Positions 17,822 through 25,886 of a DNA stretch of 64,000 nt are shown here, piece after piece. The notes below the pieces were generated by a model, which saw only the letters and a list, made by a program, of their open reading frames with translations, was not told the DNA's origin and made no database searches. A program made the translations under genes and the position numbers. Position 1 is the stretch's first letter; every line of letters starts with the position of its first letter. The stretch is from an uncultured Bacteroidales bacterium (GTDB lineage: Bacteria; Bacteroidota; Bacteroidia; Bacteroidales; Bacteroidaceae). Where the stretch lies: the NCBI GenBank assembly GCA_902801475.1, contig CADCIO010000004.1, positions 13,784 to 77,783 on the forward strand, in the 5' to 3' direction.

Positions 17822-19792
17822 ATGAAGCAACTATCATTCATCTTAATCCTGATCGCTTTGGTGCAATGCACCTGGGCACAGACAAACGGAAGTGCATCGC
17901 CCGATGTGGTGAGAACCATTGAGCATCCAGACTTCACCTCCCTCTTTACCTATGATATAGAGATTCCCAAGGTGGAGTTCGGCGAGGAGCAGACCACATT
18001 GTATTTCGATTTCAGCCATTACACGGGCACCTCCTTCAGTTTCCGCTCTTCCACCTATCTGGTGGATGAGGAGGGGCGACGCTATCCCATCAAGAGTTGC
18101 AAAGGCTTTCAGTTGGACAAAGGGTACAATGTGAAAGAAGATGGAGTGAAAGAAATATCCATCTCCTTCGAGCCTCTGCCAGAGGGTACGCGTGTGTTCG
18201 ACTGCATCGAAGGTCCCGACTTGCAATTGTCCTTCCAGTTCTACGGCATTCGTGAGAAAGGGCAGGACTGGGACGTGTTTCCTAAGAAGGACGTGGCAGA
18301 CAATCCTTTTCCAGAGAGTTTCTTCGGTATGGATACTGTCTATGTGACAGGACGCATCACCCAAAGCCGATATGACCGATGGGGCAGAATTGAACATGAC
18401 AGTAACTCCTATGCCGAGCAGGCTTTGCGGAGGCAGTTCAGACTTGGAAACGGTGCTTTCGACCACTTCTATGTGGCAAAGGACGGCACATTCTCCTTCA
18501 AGACCCTTGTGGTCAAACCCACGATGGACGAACTGAATATCAATGGCAACAGGATTCCCATCCTTCTCATCCCAAGTGACCACCTTCAGGTGGATATCAG
18601 CCATTGGGGCGAATACAACCAGCAGGTGAACATCCGAAGTGAAAAGGGAGACTACAGCCGTATGCTCACCAACTACCCCTTCTTGTGGGAAAAGGAGATA
18701 GCCGACCCAAGAGGCACCCTCATCTGGTCAGAGACAGGCAAATTGGCTGCTGACACCTGGCAACCGTTACACGACGAGTTGGAGAAGCAGATGGAGGTCT
18801 GCCGCTATTTGGCAGCCAAGCACCATTTCACGCCCACAGAGCAGAAACTGATGCAGATGAATGTACAAATCGATCAAGCCTTTATTGCATGTATGAGAAT
18901 GCAGACGCCTCTCCATATCAAATACAGGAAAGGGTATGACCTCTATGTAAAAGGGAACTACGATAACAAGAAGTTGTTCCCAGCACACTTCTCCATAGAA
19001 GACCTTGAGGCAGACAGCATTTTTCTCGACCTTTCCTTCATCAAAGATTGTCCGTGGGATGACCCCACCTTCTCCGCCACAAAATACTATGAGGTTGTTC
19101 TCAGTAAGCTCTGCAGTCTGTTCTCTTATATCATGTTCATACCAGGAACAGAAAAGCCATCAAGCGAGAATGACAGCATCAATATCTATGCCGCTGCTGA
19201 ACAGTTGGGAATAAGAGAGGCGTTGATTGGCGAGTACCTGACTAATTATTTGTACAGCAGGATGGTAAATAATCCCAAACTGCGACAAAAAGTCGAAGGC
19301 ATTGTGGATGATTTCAAATTGCCACACACAAAAGTGTTGGCTAATCCATCTTTGATGGTTGCCCTGAACGAATATGATACCAGAAGCTATCCAGCCAACC
19401 AATCCATTGCAGCCGATGTCATCAAGAAGTTATATGCTCCTTACAAAGGCAAGAAAGTGTTGCTCCTGCCGCTTAGCTGCTACAGCCCTGCTGGTCTGCA
19501 AAAAATCGACAGCCTCTATCAGGCAAGGCGTGCTGAGATAGACAGGGAAGCCGTCTTCCTGCCTGTCGCCACACCCAAATACACCAGCAAGCAGGAACTG
19601 AAAGAGCTGCAGCAAAAGTATCCGACGCTGAAGAACACCATCTATCTGGATGAAGAGGAACTTCTGCGACTCTACGTCGCCTTCCAGCGAGGGAACGGTC
19701 CCCAAGCTGATCCTGAGATGCTTATCCTGCAAGACGGTACCTTCGGCATACCCGGACGCTACTTTTTAGAGAATTATAGAAAAAAACCATAA
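17822..19792 (+). CDS. secreted protein of unknown function; the C-terminus may be a degenerate thioredoxin-fold (TlpA-like) domain without CxxC
   Basis: 656 aa with signal peptide 'MKQLSFILILIALVQCTWAQ'. The C-terminal 'KGKKVLLLPLSCYSPAG...MLILQDGTF' resembles the TlpA layout, but the catalytic CxxC is replaced by SCYSP. This is an inference. Confidence 0.5.
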   Translation: MKQLSFILILIALVQCTWAQTNGSASPDVVRTIEHPDFTSLFTYDIEIPKVEFGEEQTTLYFDFSHYTGTSFSFRSSTYLVDEEGRRYPIKSCKGFQLDKGYNVKEDGVKEISISFEPLPEGTRVFDCIEGPDLQLSFQFYGIREKGQDWDVFPKKDVADNPFPESFFGMDTVYVTGRITQSRYDRWGRIEHDSNSYAEQALRRQFRLGNGAFDHFYVAKDGTFSFKTLVVKPTMDELNINGNRIPILLIPSDHLQVDISHWGEYNQQVNIRSEKGDYSRMLTNYPFLWEKEIADPRGTLIWSETGKLAADTWQPLHDELEKQMEVCRYLAAKHHFTPTEQKLMQMNVQIDQAFIACMRMQTPLHIKYRKGYDLYVKGNYDNKKLFPAHFSIEDLEADSIFLDLSFIKDCPWDDPTFSATKYYEVVLSKLCSLFSYIMFIPGTEKPSSENDSINIYAAAEQLGIREALIGEYLTNYLYSRMVNNPKLRQKVEGIVDDFKLPHTKVLANPSLMVALNEYDTRSYPANQSIAADVIKKLYAPYKGKKVLLLPLSCYSPAGLQKIDSLYQARRAEIDREAVFLPVATPKYTSKQELKELQQKYPTLKNTIYLDEEELLRLYVAFQRGNGPQADPEMLILQDGTFGIPGRYFLENYRKKP

Positions 19793-19918
19793 CAATGAAA
19801 CAAATGAATCGTCTCAAATCTGAACCCCGTGATGAATATTCAGTAAGAATGCCACAAAAGAAGAGAACACCATGAAAGAAGGGCTGGTGTTGCATTTCGC
19901 GACCCCAGTCCTTTTTCT

Positions 19919-20022
19919 TTACAGTAGTCTCATGCAACTCGTGATTCCCAAGGCAGTCAACGAGCCGTCAGGATGGACACCACCACCTGGATGATGGTTC
20001 GCCAAAAATCTTTGTTCTTCAT
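19919..20022 (-). pseudogene. frameshifted small hydrophobic peptide gene (Bacteroidales 'smalltalk'-like)
   Basis: The minus strand reads ATG-'MKNKDFWRTIIQVVVSILTA' and then an in-frame TGA. Shifting the frame by 1 nt continues as 'SLTALGITSCMRLL*'. Joined, this gives a ~34-aa membrane peptide. Confidence 0.4.
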
Positions 20023-20040
20023 GATTTTAAGAATTTGATG

Positions 20041-20156
20041 TTTTTTTTCGAACACGGATTGAAAGGATTTTAAGGATTTTTTCTTTAATCTTTTTAATCC
20101 TTGTTCTAAAAACTCATATTATCCGTCCCATCCGTGTCATCCGTGTTCAAAAAAAA
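20041..20156. repeat. 116-bp element bounded by inverted repeats TTTTTTTTCGAACACGGAT / ATCCGTGTTCAAAAAAAA, with ATCCGT x3 and nested AAGGATT/AATCCTT dyads
   Basis: Read directly. It lies between the frameshifted small-peptide gene and the BRO-N fragment. Confidence 0.7.
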
Positions 20157-20173
20157 TCAACAACTGAGTTGGA

Positions 20174-20425
20174 GTGAAGAGGATGTTCTCGAGTAAATGG
20201 CCAAGGAATCTGACTTTCTTCGTAGGCAAGGACGTGGCAATGGCGCTGGGATACAGCAATCCTTCCAATGCTTTGCAAGTACATGTAGATAATGAGGACA
20301 AAACCACATACCTGATTCAGGTATCTGGTTTGAAGTACAAGTCAAAAACAACCTTCATCAACGAATCAGGCCTCTACTCCCTCATCCTCTCCTCCCAGCC
20401 CCTTATAGTTCGCCGACATCAATAA
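20174..20425 (+). pseudogene. BRO-N domain (phage antirepressor-like) gene fragment
   Basis: 'FFVGKDVAMALGYSNPSNALQVHVDNEDK...FINESGLYSLILSS' matches the BRO-N core. The normal N-terminus is missing, and the ORF ends inside the 3' end of the convergent LuxR-type gene. Confidence 0.6.
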
Positions 20426-20999
20426 GACCATTCATGACCACATACAGGATGATATCGGCAAGGGAACGTGCACGGAGCTTGTCCATGATGTTCTTACGAT
20501 GGGTGATGACGGTGGTGAGGCTGATGTGGAGCTGGTCGGCAATCTCTTTGTTGATGTGACCTTTGGCAAGGAGTATCGCCACCTCCACCTCACGAGAGGA
20601 AAGTCCCCCAGCCCACGCGTTGGGCGATTTTCCATTGGACTTTTGCCCTTTGACATTCTCCATTTGGGGATGTCCTTTGCGATGGACAGAAAGGATGGAC
20701 TTGACCAAAGCTTGTTCACTTTGGCACACATTGAGGGTGGGCACTCCAGCAATTTGGAGGTCTCCATTGACCAGCACGATACTTCTGCGTGCCTTTTCCC
20801 TAAAATAGGCAGCATGTTCGAAGTAGATGCCTGAAGCCACGAAATAGTGAACGAACTGCCCTTGATCCACAGCTCGCAGTTCGTCGAAAGAGATGAAGAT
20901 ATGCACCTCAGCCACAGGAATGAGGTCGGTCAGCAAGGGCTGCAAACCGAGTGCGGCTAAGATGTTGGAATCGACGATGGCTATCTCGAAATGCGGCAT
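20403..20999 (-). CDS. LuxR-family transcriptional regulator with a receiver-like N-terminal domain
   Basis: 198 aa. The C-terminal HTH is 'SSREVEVAILLAKGHINKEIADQLHISLTTVITHRKNIMDKL'. The N-terminal ~110 aa resemble a response-regulator receiver. Confidence 0.8.
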   Translation of the reverse strand: MPHFEIAIVDSNILAALGLQPLLTDLIPVAEVHIFISFDELRAVDQGQFVHYFVASGIYFEHAAYFREKARRSIVLVNGDLQIAGVPTLNVCQSEQALVKSILSVHRKGHPQMENVKGQKSNGKSPNAWAGGLSSREVEVAILLAKGHINKEIADQLHISLTTVITHRKNIMDKLRARSLADIILYVVMNGLIDVGEL

Positions 21000-21018
21000 A
21001 TACGTTCATTTTTCGATG

Positions 21019-21026
21019 CAAAGGTA
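21019..21026 (-). promoter_or_regulatory. -7 box TACCTTTG (LuxR-type regulator)
   Basis: TAnnTTTG on the minus strand, 20 nt upstream of the ATG at 20999. Confidence 0.55.
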
Positions 21027-21031
21027 GCGAA

Positions 21032-21134
21032 AAAAACTAAAAACTAAAAACTAAAAACTAAAAGTTAGTGTTACTGACCCATCGAAACAGCAGGATACTT
21101 ATACTTTTAACTTTTAACTTTTAGTTTTTAACTT
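21032..21134. repeat. palindromic heptamer-array element in the LuxR|mutY divergent promoter region
   Basis: The left arm is AAAAACT x4 plus AAAAGTT (21032-21066). The right arm is CTTTTAA-CTTTTAA-CTTTTAG-TTTTTAA-CTT (21104-21134). 21052-21067 is perfectly complementary to 21115-21130 (16 bp). Confidence 0.85.
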
Positions 21135-21143
21135 AAAAAGATT

Positions 21144-21151
21144 TACCTTTG
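21144..21151 (+). promoter_or_regulatory. -7 box TACCTTTG (mutY), only 4 nt before the ATG
   Basis: Exact TAnnTTTG ending at 21151. The mutY ATG is at 21156. Confidence 0.5.
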
Positions 21152-21155
21152 CACC

Positions 21156-22163
21156 ATGTTTACAACGACACTTCTCAATTGGTTCGCACTTCACAAGCGT
21201 GATTTGCCTTGGCGACACACGAAAGACCCGTATGCCATCTGGTTGAGTGAGGTCATCCTTCAGCAGACACGTATTCAGCAGGGGATGGACTATTGGTGGC
21301 GCTTCATGAAGAGGTGGCCAAAGGTAGAGAATTTGGCGAATGCGACGGAGGATGAGGTGCTGAAGGAGTGGCAGGGATTAGGCTATTATAGCAGAGCGCG
21401 CAACCTCCACACTGCTGCCCAACAGGTGATGACGCATGGTGGCTTCCCCACCACGATACAAGGCCTTCGTGCCCTGAAAGGGGTCGGCGACTACACTGCT
21501 GCCGCCATTGGTTCCATTGCTTTCGGGCTCCCTGCCGCTGTGGTGGACGGGAATGTCTATCGGGTACTGGCACGGCACTATGGCATTGACACCCCGATTA
21601 ACACCACACGAGGGAAGCACCTTTTCACAGAACTGGCACAATCGCTCCTGCCTGTGGACCAACCTGCGGAGTTCAACCAAGCCATGATGGACTTTGGTGC
21701 CATCCAATGCACCCCCACCTCACCCAAGTGCCTGGAATGTCCCTTGCAGGAGACCTGTGAAGCCCTGCACATGGGACGCATAGACGATCTGCCCGTCAAG
21801 GAGAAGAAATTGACCATCCAAACCCGCCTCCTTACCTATATATATATAAGATGTAAAGGGAAGACTGCCATCCGCAGGCGACCAGCAGGGGACATCTGGC
21901 AAGGTCTTTGGGAACCGTATCTTGAAGAGGCAAGAGGCAAGGAGCCTGAAACAAGAGGAATGCTGGAGCGAGCCACAATCATTGGCAAGAATGTGAAGCA
22001 TGTGCTCACCCATCGTGTTCTGATGGCAGATTTCTATCTGTTGGAGACAGACACGCCACCCGTCTTGCCAGACGAGTATATATGGGTGGAAGAGAGCGAG
22101 TTAGGCAATTACGCCGTACCCCGATTGATAGAGAAGCTATTGGAAAAACTGAACAAATCCTAA
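21156..22163 (+). CDS. mutY: A/G-specific adenine DNA glycosylase
   Basis: 335 aa with 'LLNWFALHKRDLPWR', an HhH-GPD region 'LKGVGDYTAAAI', a Cys cluster 'CTPTSPKCLECPLQETC', and a C-terminal NUDIX-like domain. Confidence 0.92.
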   Translation: MFTTTLLNWFALHKRDLPWRHTKDPYAIWLSEVILQQTRIQQGMDYWWRFMKRWPKVENLANATEDEVLKEWQGLGYYSRARNLHTAAQQVMTHGGFPTTIQGLRALKGVGDYTAAAIGSIAFGLPAAVVDGNVYRVLARHYGIDTPINTTRGKHLFTELAQSLLPVDQPAEFNQAMMDFGAIQCTPTSPKCLECPLQETCEALHMGRIDDLPVKEKKLTIQTRLLTYIYIRCKGKTAIRRRPAGDIWQGLWEPYLEEARGKEPETRGMLERATIIGKNVKHVLTHRVLMADFYLLETDTPPVLPDEYIWVEESELGNYAVPRLIEKLLEKLNKS

Positions 22164-22196
22164 CAAATAAGGATTGTGGGGTAAGCGAAAAGTCCG

Positions 22197-22204
22197 TACC
22201 TTTG
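22197..22204 (+). promoter_or_regulatory. -7 box TACCTTTG (DUF4491/calycin/HmuY/TonB-receptor operon)
   Basis: Exact TAnnTTTG 44 nt upstream of the ATG at 22248. Confidence 0.55.
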
Positions 22205-22247
22205 CAGCGGATTTCTGTTCTCTATAAGCAAGAAGGACTTTTAAGGT

Positions 22248-22577
22248 ATGAATTTTTTAGGACTCATCATCGCCATCGCCACCTTCCTCGTGATTGGCAT
22301 CTTCCATCCCATCGTAATCAAGTCCGAGTATCACTTCGGCACCCGATGTTGGTGGATATTCCTGATTGTTGGCATCGCATTCATCGTGGCATCGCTTTTC
22401 ACAACGAATGACATCCTGAGCCCAGTATTAGGTGTGGTGGGCTGTTCATGCCTATGGAGCATTCTCGAATTGTTTGAACAAAAGAAGCGTGTGGAACGAG
22501 GCTGGTTTCCGATGAATCCAAAACGTAAAAAAGAGTATCAACTTAATAATAACACAAAAACAAATGAAAGCAATTAA
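22248..22577 (+). CDS. small membrane protein (DUF4491-like)
   Basis: 109 aa with three predicted TM segments. It is the first gene of the calycin/HmuY/TonB-receptor operon and overlaps the next gene by 14 nt. Confidence 0.5.
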   Translation: MNFLGLIIAIATFLVIGIFHPIVIKSEYHFGTRCWWIFLIVGIAFIVASLFTTNDILSPVLGVVGCSCLWSILELFEQKKRVERGWFPMNPKRKKEYQLNNNTKTNESN

Positions 22578-23073
22578 ATTTTTAGCATTGGCGCTGGTTG
22601 CATTGATCGGCATGACCGCTTGCAGCAGCGATGACAAAGAGTACACCCAAGAATGGACTTACATTGGCAACAACACCGTGACTGTTGACAAGGAGTATCC
22701 TCCAGTTGAAATCACTTGCAAAGTCACCAAGAGAGAAAATGGTACCCTCGAAGTGGAGATGCCTGAGTATCAGCTCCTCAACACCACCATCGGCAACCTC
22801 ACCATTGGCGCTGTGACCATCAAGAACATCATGTATAATGCAGACAAGGGTTCTTACTATCGTGTGTATGGTAAGGATGGTCTGCAAATGCACTTCAAGT
22901 CAGAGGGCGGTCACTCTGCTATGGACGGTGACTACACATTCAATGAAGACAGCGACATTGAGGTGAAGCAGTCTAATAATGGTGTCACCATTGTCCTCAA
23001 CTACTCTTTCGGCAGGATGCCATTCAAAATCATCTCTAAATTTGAAGTAGCTGTCGCTAAAGACGAAGAATGA
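22564..23073 (+). CDS. lipoprotein, calycin-like beta-barrel domain
   Basis: 169 aa with lipobox 'LIGMTAC' and a beta-rich sequence. It sits immediately upstream of an HmuY-like gene, as commonly seen in Bacteroidales. Confidence 0.5.
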   Translation: MKAIKFLALALVALIGMTACSSDDKEYTQEWTYIGNNTVTVDKEYPPVEITCKVTKRENGTLEVEMPEYQLLNTTIGNLTIGAVTIKNIMYNADKGSYYRVYGKDGLQMHFKSEGGHSAMDGDYTFNEDSDIEVKQSNNGVTIVLNYSFGRMPFKIISKFEVAVAKDEE

Positions 23074-23828
23074 GAAGTAAACTCCTGACTCTCGTAACAT
23101 TCACATTACTCTTGTCCTCTCTGTCAGCCTGTCACGGCATCCTCGACGAGCTCTACGACGAGCCATCGGATGAGGTGACCCTGAAAGAGGGGCAACTGTA
23201 TGTGGACGCATCCAGCTGGACAGATTGGTATTATATCGACCTGACGGATGCGAAGAAGGAATTTGTCAGGAAAGAAATCCCAACAGAAGCCACAGACTCT
23301 TTACATCGCGTTAGCCCTCCCCCTTTGGGAGCTGGGGGGCTCTACACTTATTGGTATGATGTATTTGGTGAAGGAATTTCCAAGCATGAGTTTCGAGGTT
23401 TCACGCCAACAGATAAACAGCCCGAACCCGAGTCTTGGCATATCGCTGTTCATCGCAATAACGTGAGGACGAATGGTGGTGCTGTGTATGAGACTTCCTA
23501 CACCTCAATGAATGATCTGCCTGAAAGCAGCGAGGCATTTGCTGATGCCACCTTCACGGAAGATGAATGGAATGAACTGGACGTGTGGACAGTTCAGGCA
23601 CAGATGCTGCAAGGACTCATTGGCAATCAAGGCATCAAAATCAACCCAGTGTTGTCCTCGTGGCTCAAGGTGTCGCTTCCCCCTGTACCACCAGTATTCA
23701 CCCTCAACAATCACGTGTTCATCGTTCGTTTCGAAGACGGCACTTATGCTGCCATCCAATTAGAGAACTACCAGAATGCAGCAGGGGTGAAATGCCACCT
23801 TACTATTAATTATAAGTACCCGTTTTGA
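23070..23828 (+). CDS. HmuY-family (heme-binding) lipoprotein
   Basis: 252 aa with lipobox 'LSSLSAC'. 'WHIAVHRNNVRTNGGAVYET' matches the HmuY-family core motif. An ATGA start/stop overlap links it to the upstream gene. Confidence 0.65.
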   Translation: MRSKLLTLVTFTLLLSSLSACHGILDELYDEPSDEVTLKEGQLYVDASSWTDWYYIDLTDAKKEFVRKEIPTEATDSLHRVSPPPLGAGGLYTYWYDVFGEGISKHEFRGFTPTDKQPEPESWHIAVHRNNVRTNGGAVYETSYTSMNDLPESSEAFADATFTEDEWNELDVWTVQAQMLQGLIGNQGIKINPVLSSWLKVSLPPVPPVFTLNNHVFIVRFEDGTYAAIQLENYQNAAGVKCHLTINYKYPF

Positions 23829-23864
23829 AAGTTGAAAGTTGAGAGTCGATAGTTGAGAGTTTGA
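23826..23864. repeat. heptamer array TGAAAGT-TGAAAGT-TGAGAGT-CGATAGT-TGAGAGT-TTGA filling the hmuY|TonB-receptor spacer
   Basis: Read directly. It starts at the hmuY stop codon and ends at the receptor ATG. Confidence 0.85.
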
Positions 23865-25865
23865 ATGAAGTATTTATTTCTATTCATATTATTAATAGGA
23901 GCAACGCTCGTTTGCCACGCCAAGCAGGATCAGGAGGGCTCCCATCCCATGACGGAGGGAGGTCAGGAAGAGGGTCTTGACTCGATGTACTACCTGAATG
24001 ATGTGGTGGTAACGGGCACACGTACACCTAAGCTGCTGAAGGACACGCCCATACAAACACGCCTCATCACATCAGCTGACATCGAGAAGGTAGATGCCAC
24101 CAATGCGGAAGACCTGTTGCAGCAGGAGATGCCAGGTGTGGAGTTCTCTTATGCCATGAACCAACTGAAGCACATGAACTTGTGTGGCTTTGGCGGTCAG
24201 GGCATCCTTTTCCTTGTGGATGGAGAGCGTTTGGCTGGTGAGACGATGGACGATGTGGATTTTACCCGTCTGAATATGGCAAACGTGGAGCGCATCGAGA
24301 TTGTGAAGGGAGCGGCTTCTGCACTCTATGGCAGCAATGCAGGAGGTGGTGTCATCAATATCATCACGAAGGAAGGCACAGAACCCTGGACATTGAACCT
24401 GAACGGACGACTGGCACGCCACAATGAGCGTCGTTATGGTGGTTCGTATGGGGTGAATGGAAGTCGACTGAAAAATATGCTGAACGTGAACCACACCTCC
24501 ATTGACAACTTCGATGTACACAATGCTCCCAATCCTGCTACGCAAGTGGTGGCAACGGTATATGGCGACCGTACATGGAACATCAAGGACAGGCTCACAT
24601 TCATCCTCAACGATCAGATGAAACTCATCGGCAGAGCGGGCTATTTCTATCGAGAACAAACCAGAACGGCCGACAGCCCCGAGCGATACAGAGATTTCAG
24701 CGCTGGATTAAGAGGATTGTGGGACATCACCTCAAACGATAACCTCGAACTCTCTTATTCCTTCGACCAATACGACAAGTCCGACTATCACAAAATCACC
24801 CACATGGATGTGCGTGACTATCGCAACGTGCAGAACATCTTCAAAGGGCTCTACAACCACTATTGGCAGACAGGCAATATCTTGACAGTTGGGGCTGACT
24901 TTATGCACGACTTCCTGATGAACAAGAACTTGGGCAGTCGGACAGAGAGTCAGAACACGTTCGATGCCTTTGCGCAATACGACTGGCTCATCAACACCCA
25001 ATGGGAGGTTGTGGGTGCTGTGCGTTACGACTATTTCTCTGATTGTAAAGACTCCCAATTCACGCCCAAACTGTCTGCTCGTTACCAACCCATCAGCAAC
25101 CTTAACCTTCGCTTAGGTTATGGTATGGGATTTCGTGCGCCTGCGCTGAAAGAGAAATACTATAATTTCGATGCTGCTGGCATCTGGATCATTCGAGGGA
25201 ATCCAGATCTGAAGGCAGAACTCAGCCACAACTTCAATGCTTCTGCCGACTACACCAAAGGACATTACAACTTCACCATCGCTGCCTACTATAACGATGT
25301 GCAGAACAAGCTTGCCACAGGCGTTCCACACTATCTGCCTGGCGACGACAAACAGCTCTATCTCGACTACACCAACCTTGCTGGCTACTCCGTCTATGGA
25401 GGTGATGCGACCGTTCAGGCACGATGGGATAATGGCTTCAGTGCCCGAATCTCCTATGCCTACACCAACGAACGACTGCCAAAGGACAAGAGTGGTAACA
25501 CTATCAACAACCAATATATCCCAGCTCGTCACCACTCACTCACAGCACGTGTCGATTGGGACAAGCAATTCACAAAAAACTATGGTTTGCGTCTTTCCCT
25601 CAATGGACGCTTCCTCTCCGATGTGAAGAACGTGGAGTTCATCGACTACTACGATATCTCCAAAGGTACCAGCACCATTCACTACCCTGCCTATACCTAT
25701 TGGAAATTCTCTGCTGTTCAACGCATCGGCAAAGCTTTCAAGGTGACAACGGCTTTGGACAATCTCCTCAACTACAAACCCAAGTACCACTACTACAACA
25801 GCCCCCTCACCGATGGCATCAACCTGATGGTAGGTCTGTCAGTGGACATCGAAAAGCTGTTCTAA
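23865..25865 (+). CDS. TonB-dependent outer-membrane receptor (HmuR-like)
   Basis: 666 aa with a signal peptide, a plug region 'DVVVTGTRTPKLLKDTPIQTRLITSADIEK...VERIEIVKGAASALYGSNAGGGVINIITK', and a C-terminal aromatic residue (F). Confidence 0.9.
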   Translation: MKYLFLFILLIGATLVCHAKQDQEGSHPMTEGGQEEGLDSMYYLNDVVVTGTRTPKLLKDTPIQTRLITSADIEKVDATNAEDLLQQEMPGVEFSYAMNQLKHMNLCGFGGQGILFLVDGERLAGETMDDVDFTRLNMANVERIEIVKGAASALYGSNAGGGVINIITKEGTEPWTLNLNGRLARHNERRYGGSYGVNGSRLKNMLNVNHTSIDNFDVHNAPNPATQVVATVYGDRTWNIKDRLTFILNDQMKLIGRAGYFYREQTRTADSPERYRDFSAGLRGLWDITSNDNLELSYSFDQYDKSDYHKITHMDVRDYRNVQNIFKGLYNHYWQTGNILTVGADFMHDFLMNKNLGSRTESQNTFDAFAQYDWLINTQWEVVGAVRYDYFSDCKDSQFTPKLSARYQPISNLNLRLGYGMGFRAPALKEKYYNFDAAGIWIIRGNPDLKAELSHNFNASADYTKGHYNFTIAAYYNDVQNKLATGVPHYLPGDDKQLYLDYTNLAGYSVYGGDATVQARWDNGFSARISYAYTNERLPKDKSGNTINNQYIPARHHSLTARVDWDKQFTKNYGLRLSLNGRFLSDVKNVEFIDYYDISKGTSTIHYPAYTYWKFSAVQRIGKAFKVTTALDNLLNYKPKYHYYNSPLTDGINLMVGLSVDIEKLF

Positions 25866-25886
25866 GCCGCCACAAGGCATGAGGGC

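Noticed and set aside
19795-19875. A 26-codon ORF 'MKQMNRLKSEPRDEYSVRMPQKKRTP' immediately after 17822..19792.
   Set aside because: It has no recognisable features and no promoter box, and it is too short to support from sequence alone.
22164-22247. Cobalamin or other riboswitch upstream of the HmuY/TonB-receptor operon.
   Set aside because: The intergenic region is 84 nt and contains the promoter box. It is too short for a cobalamin aptamer.
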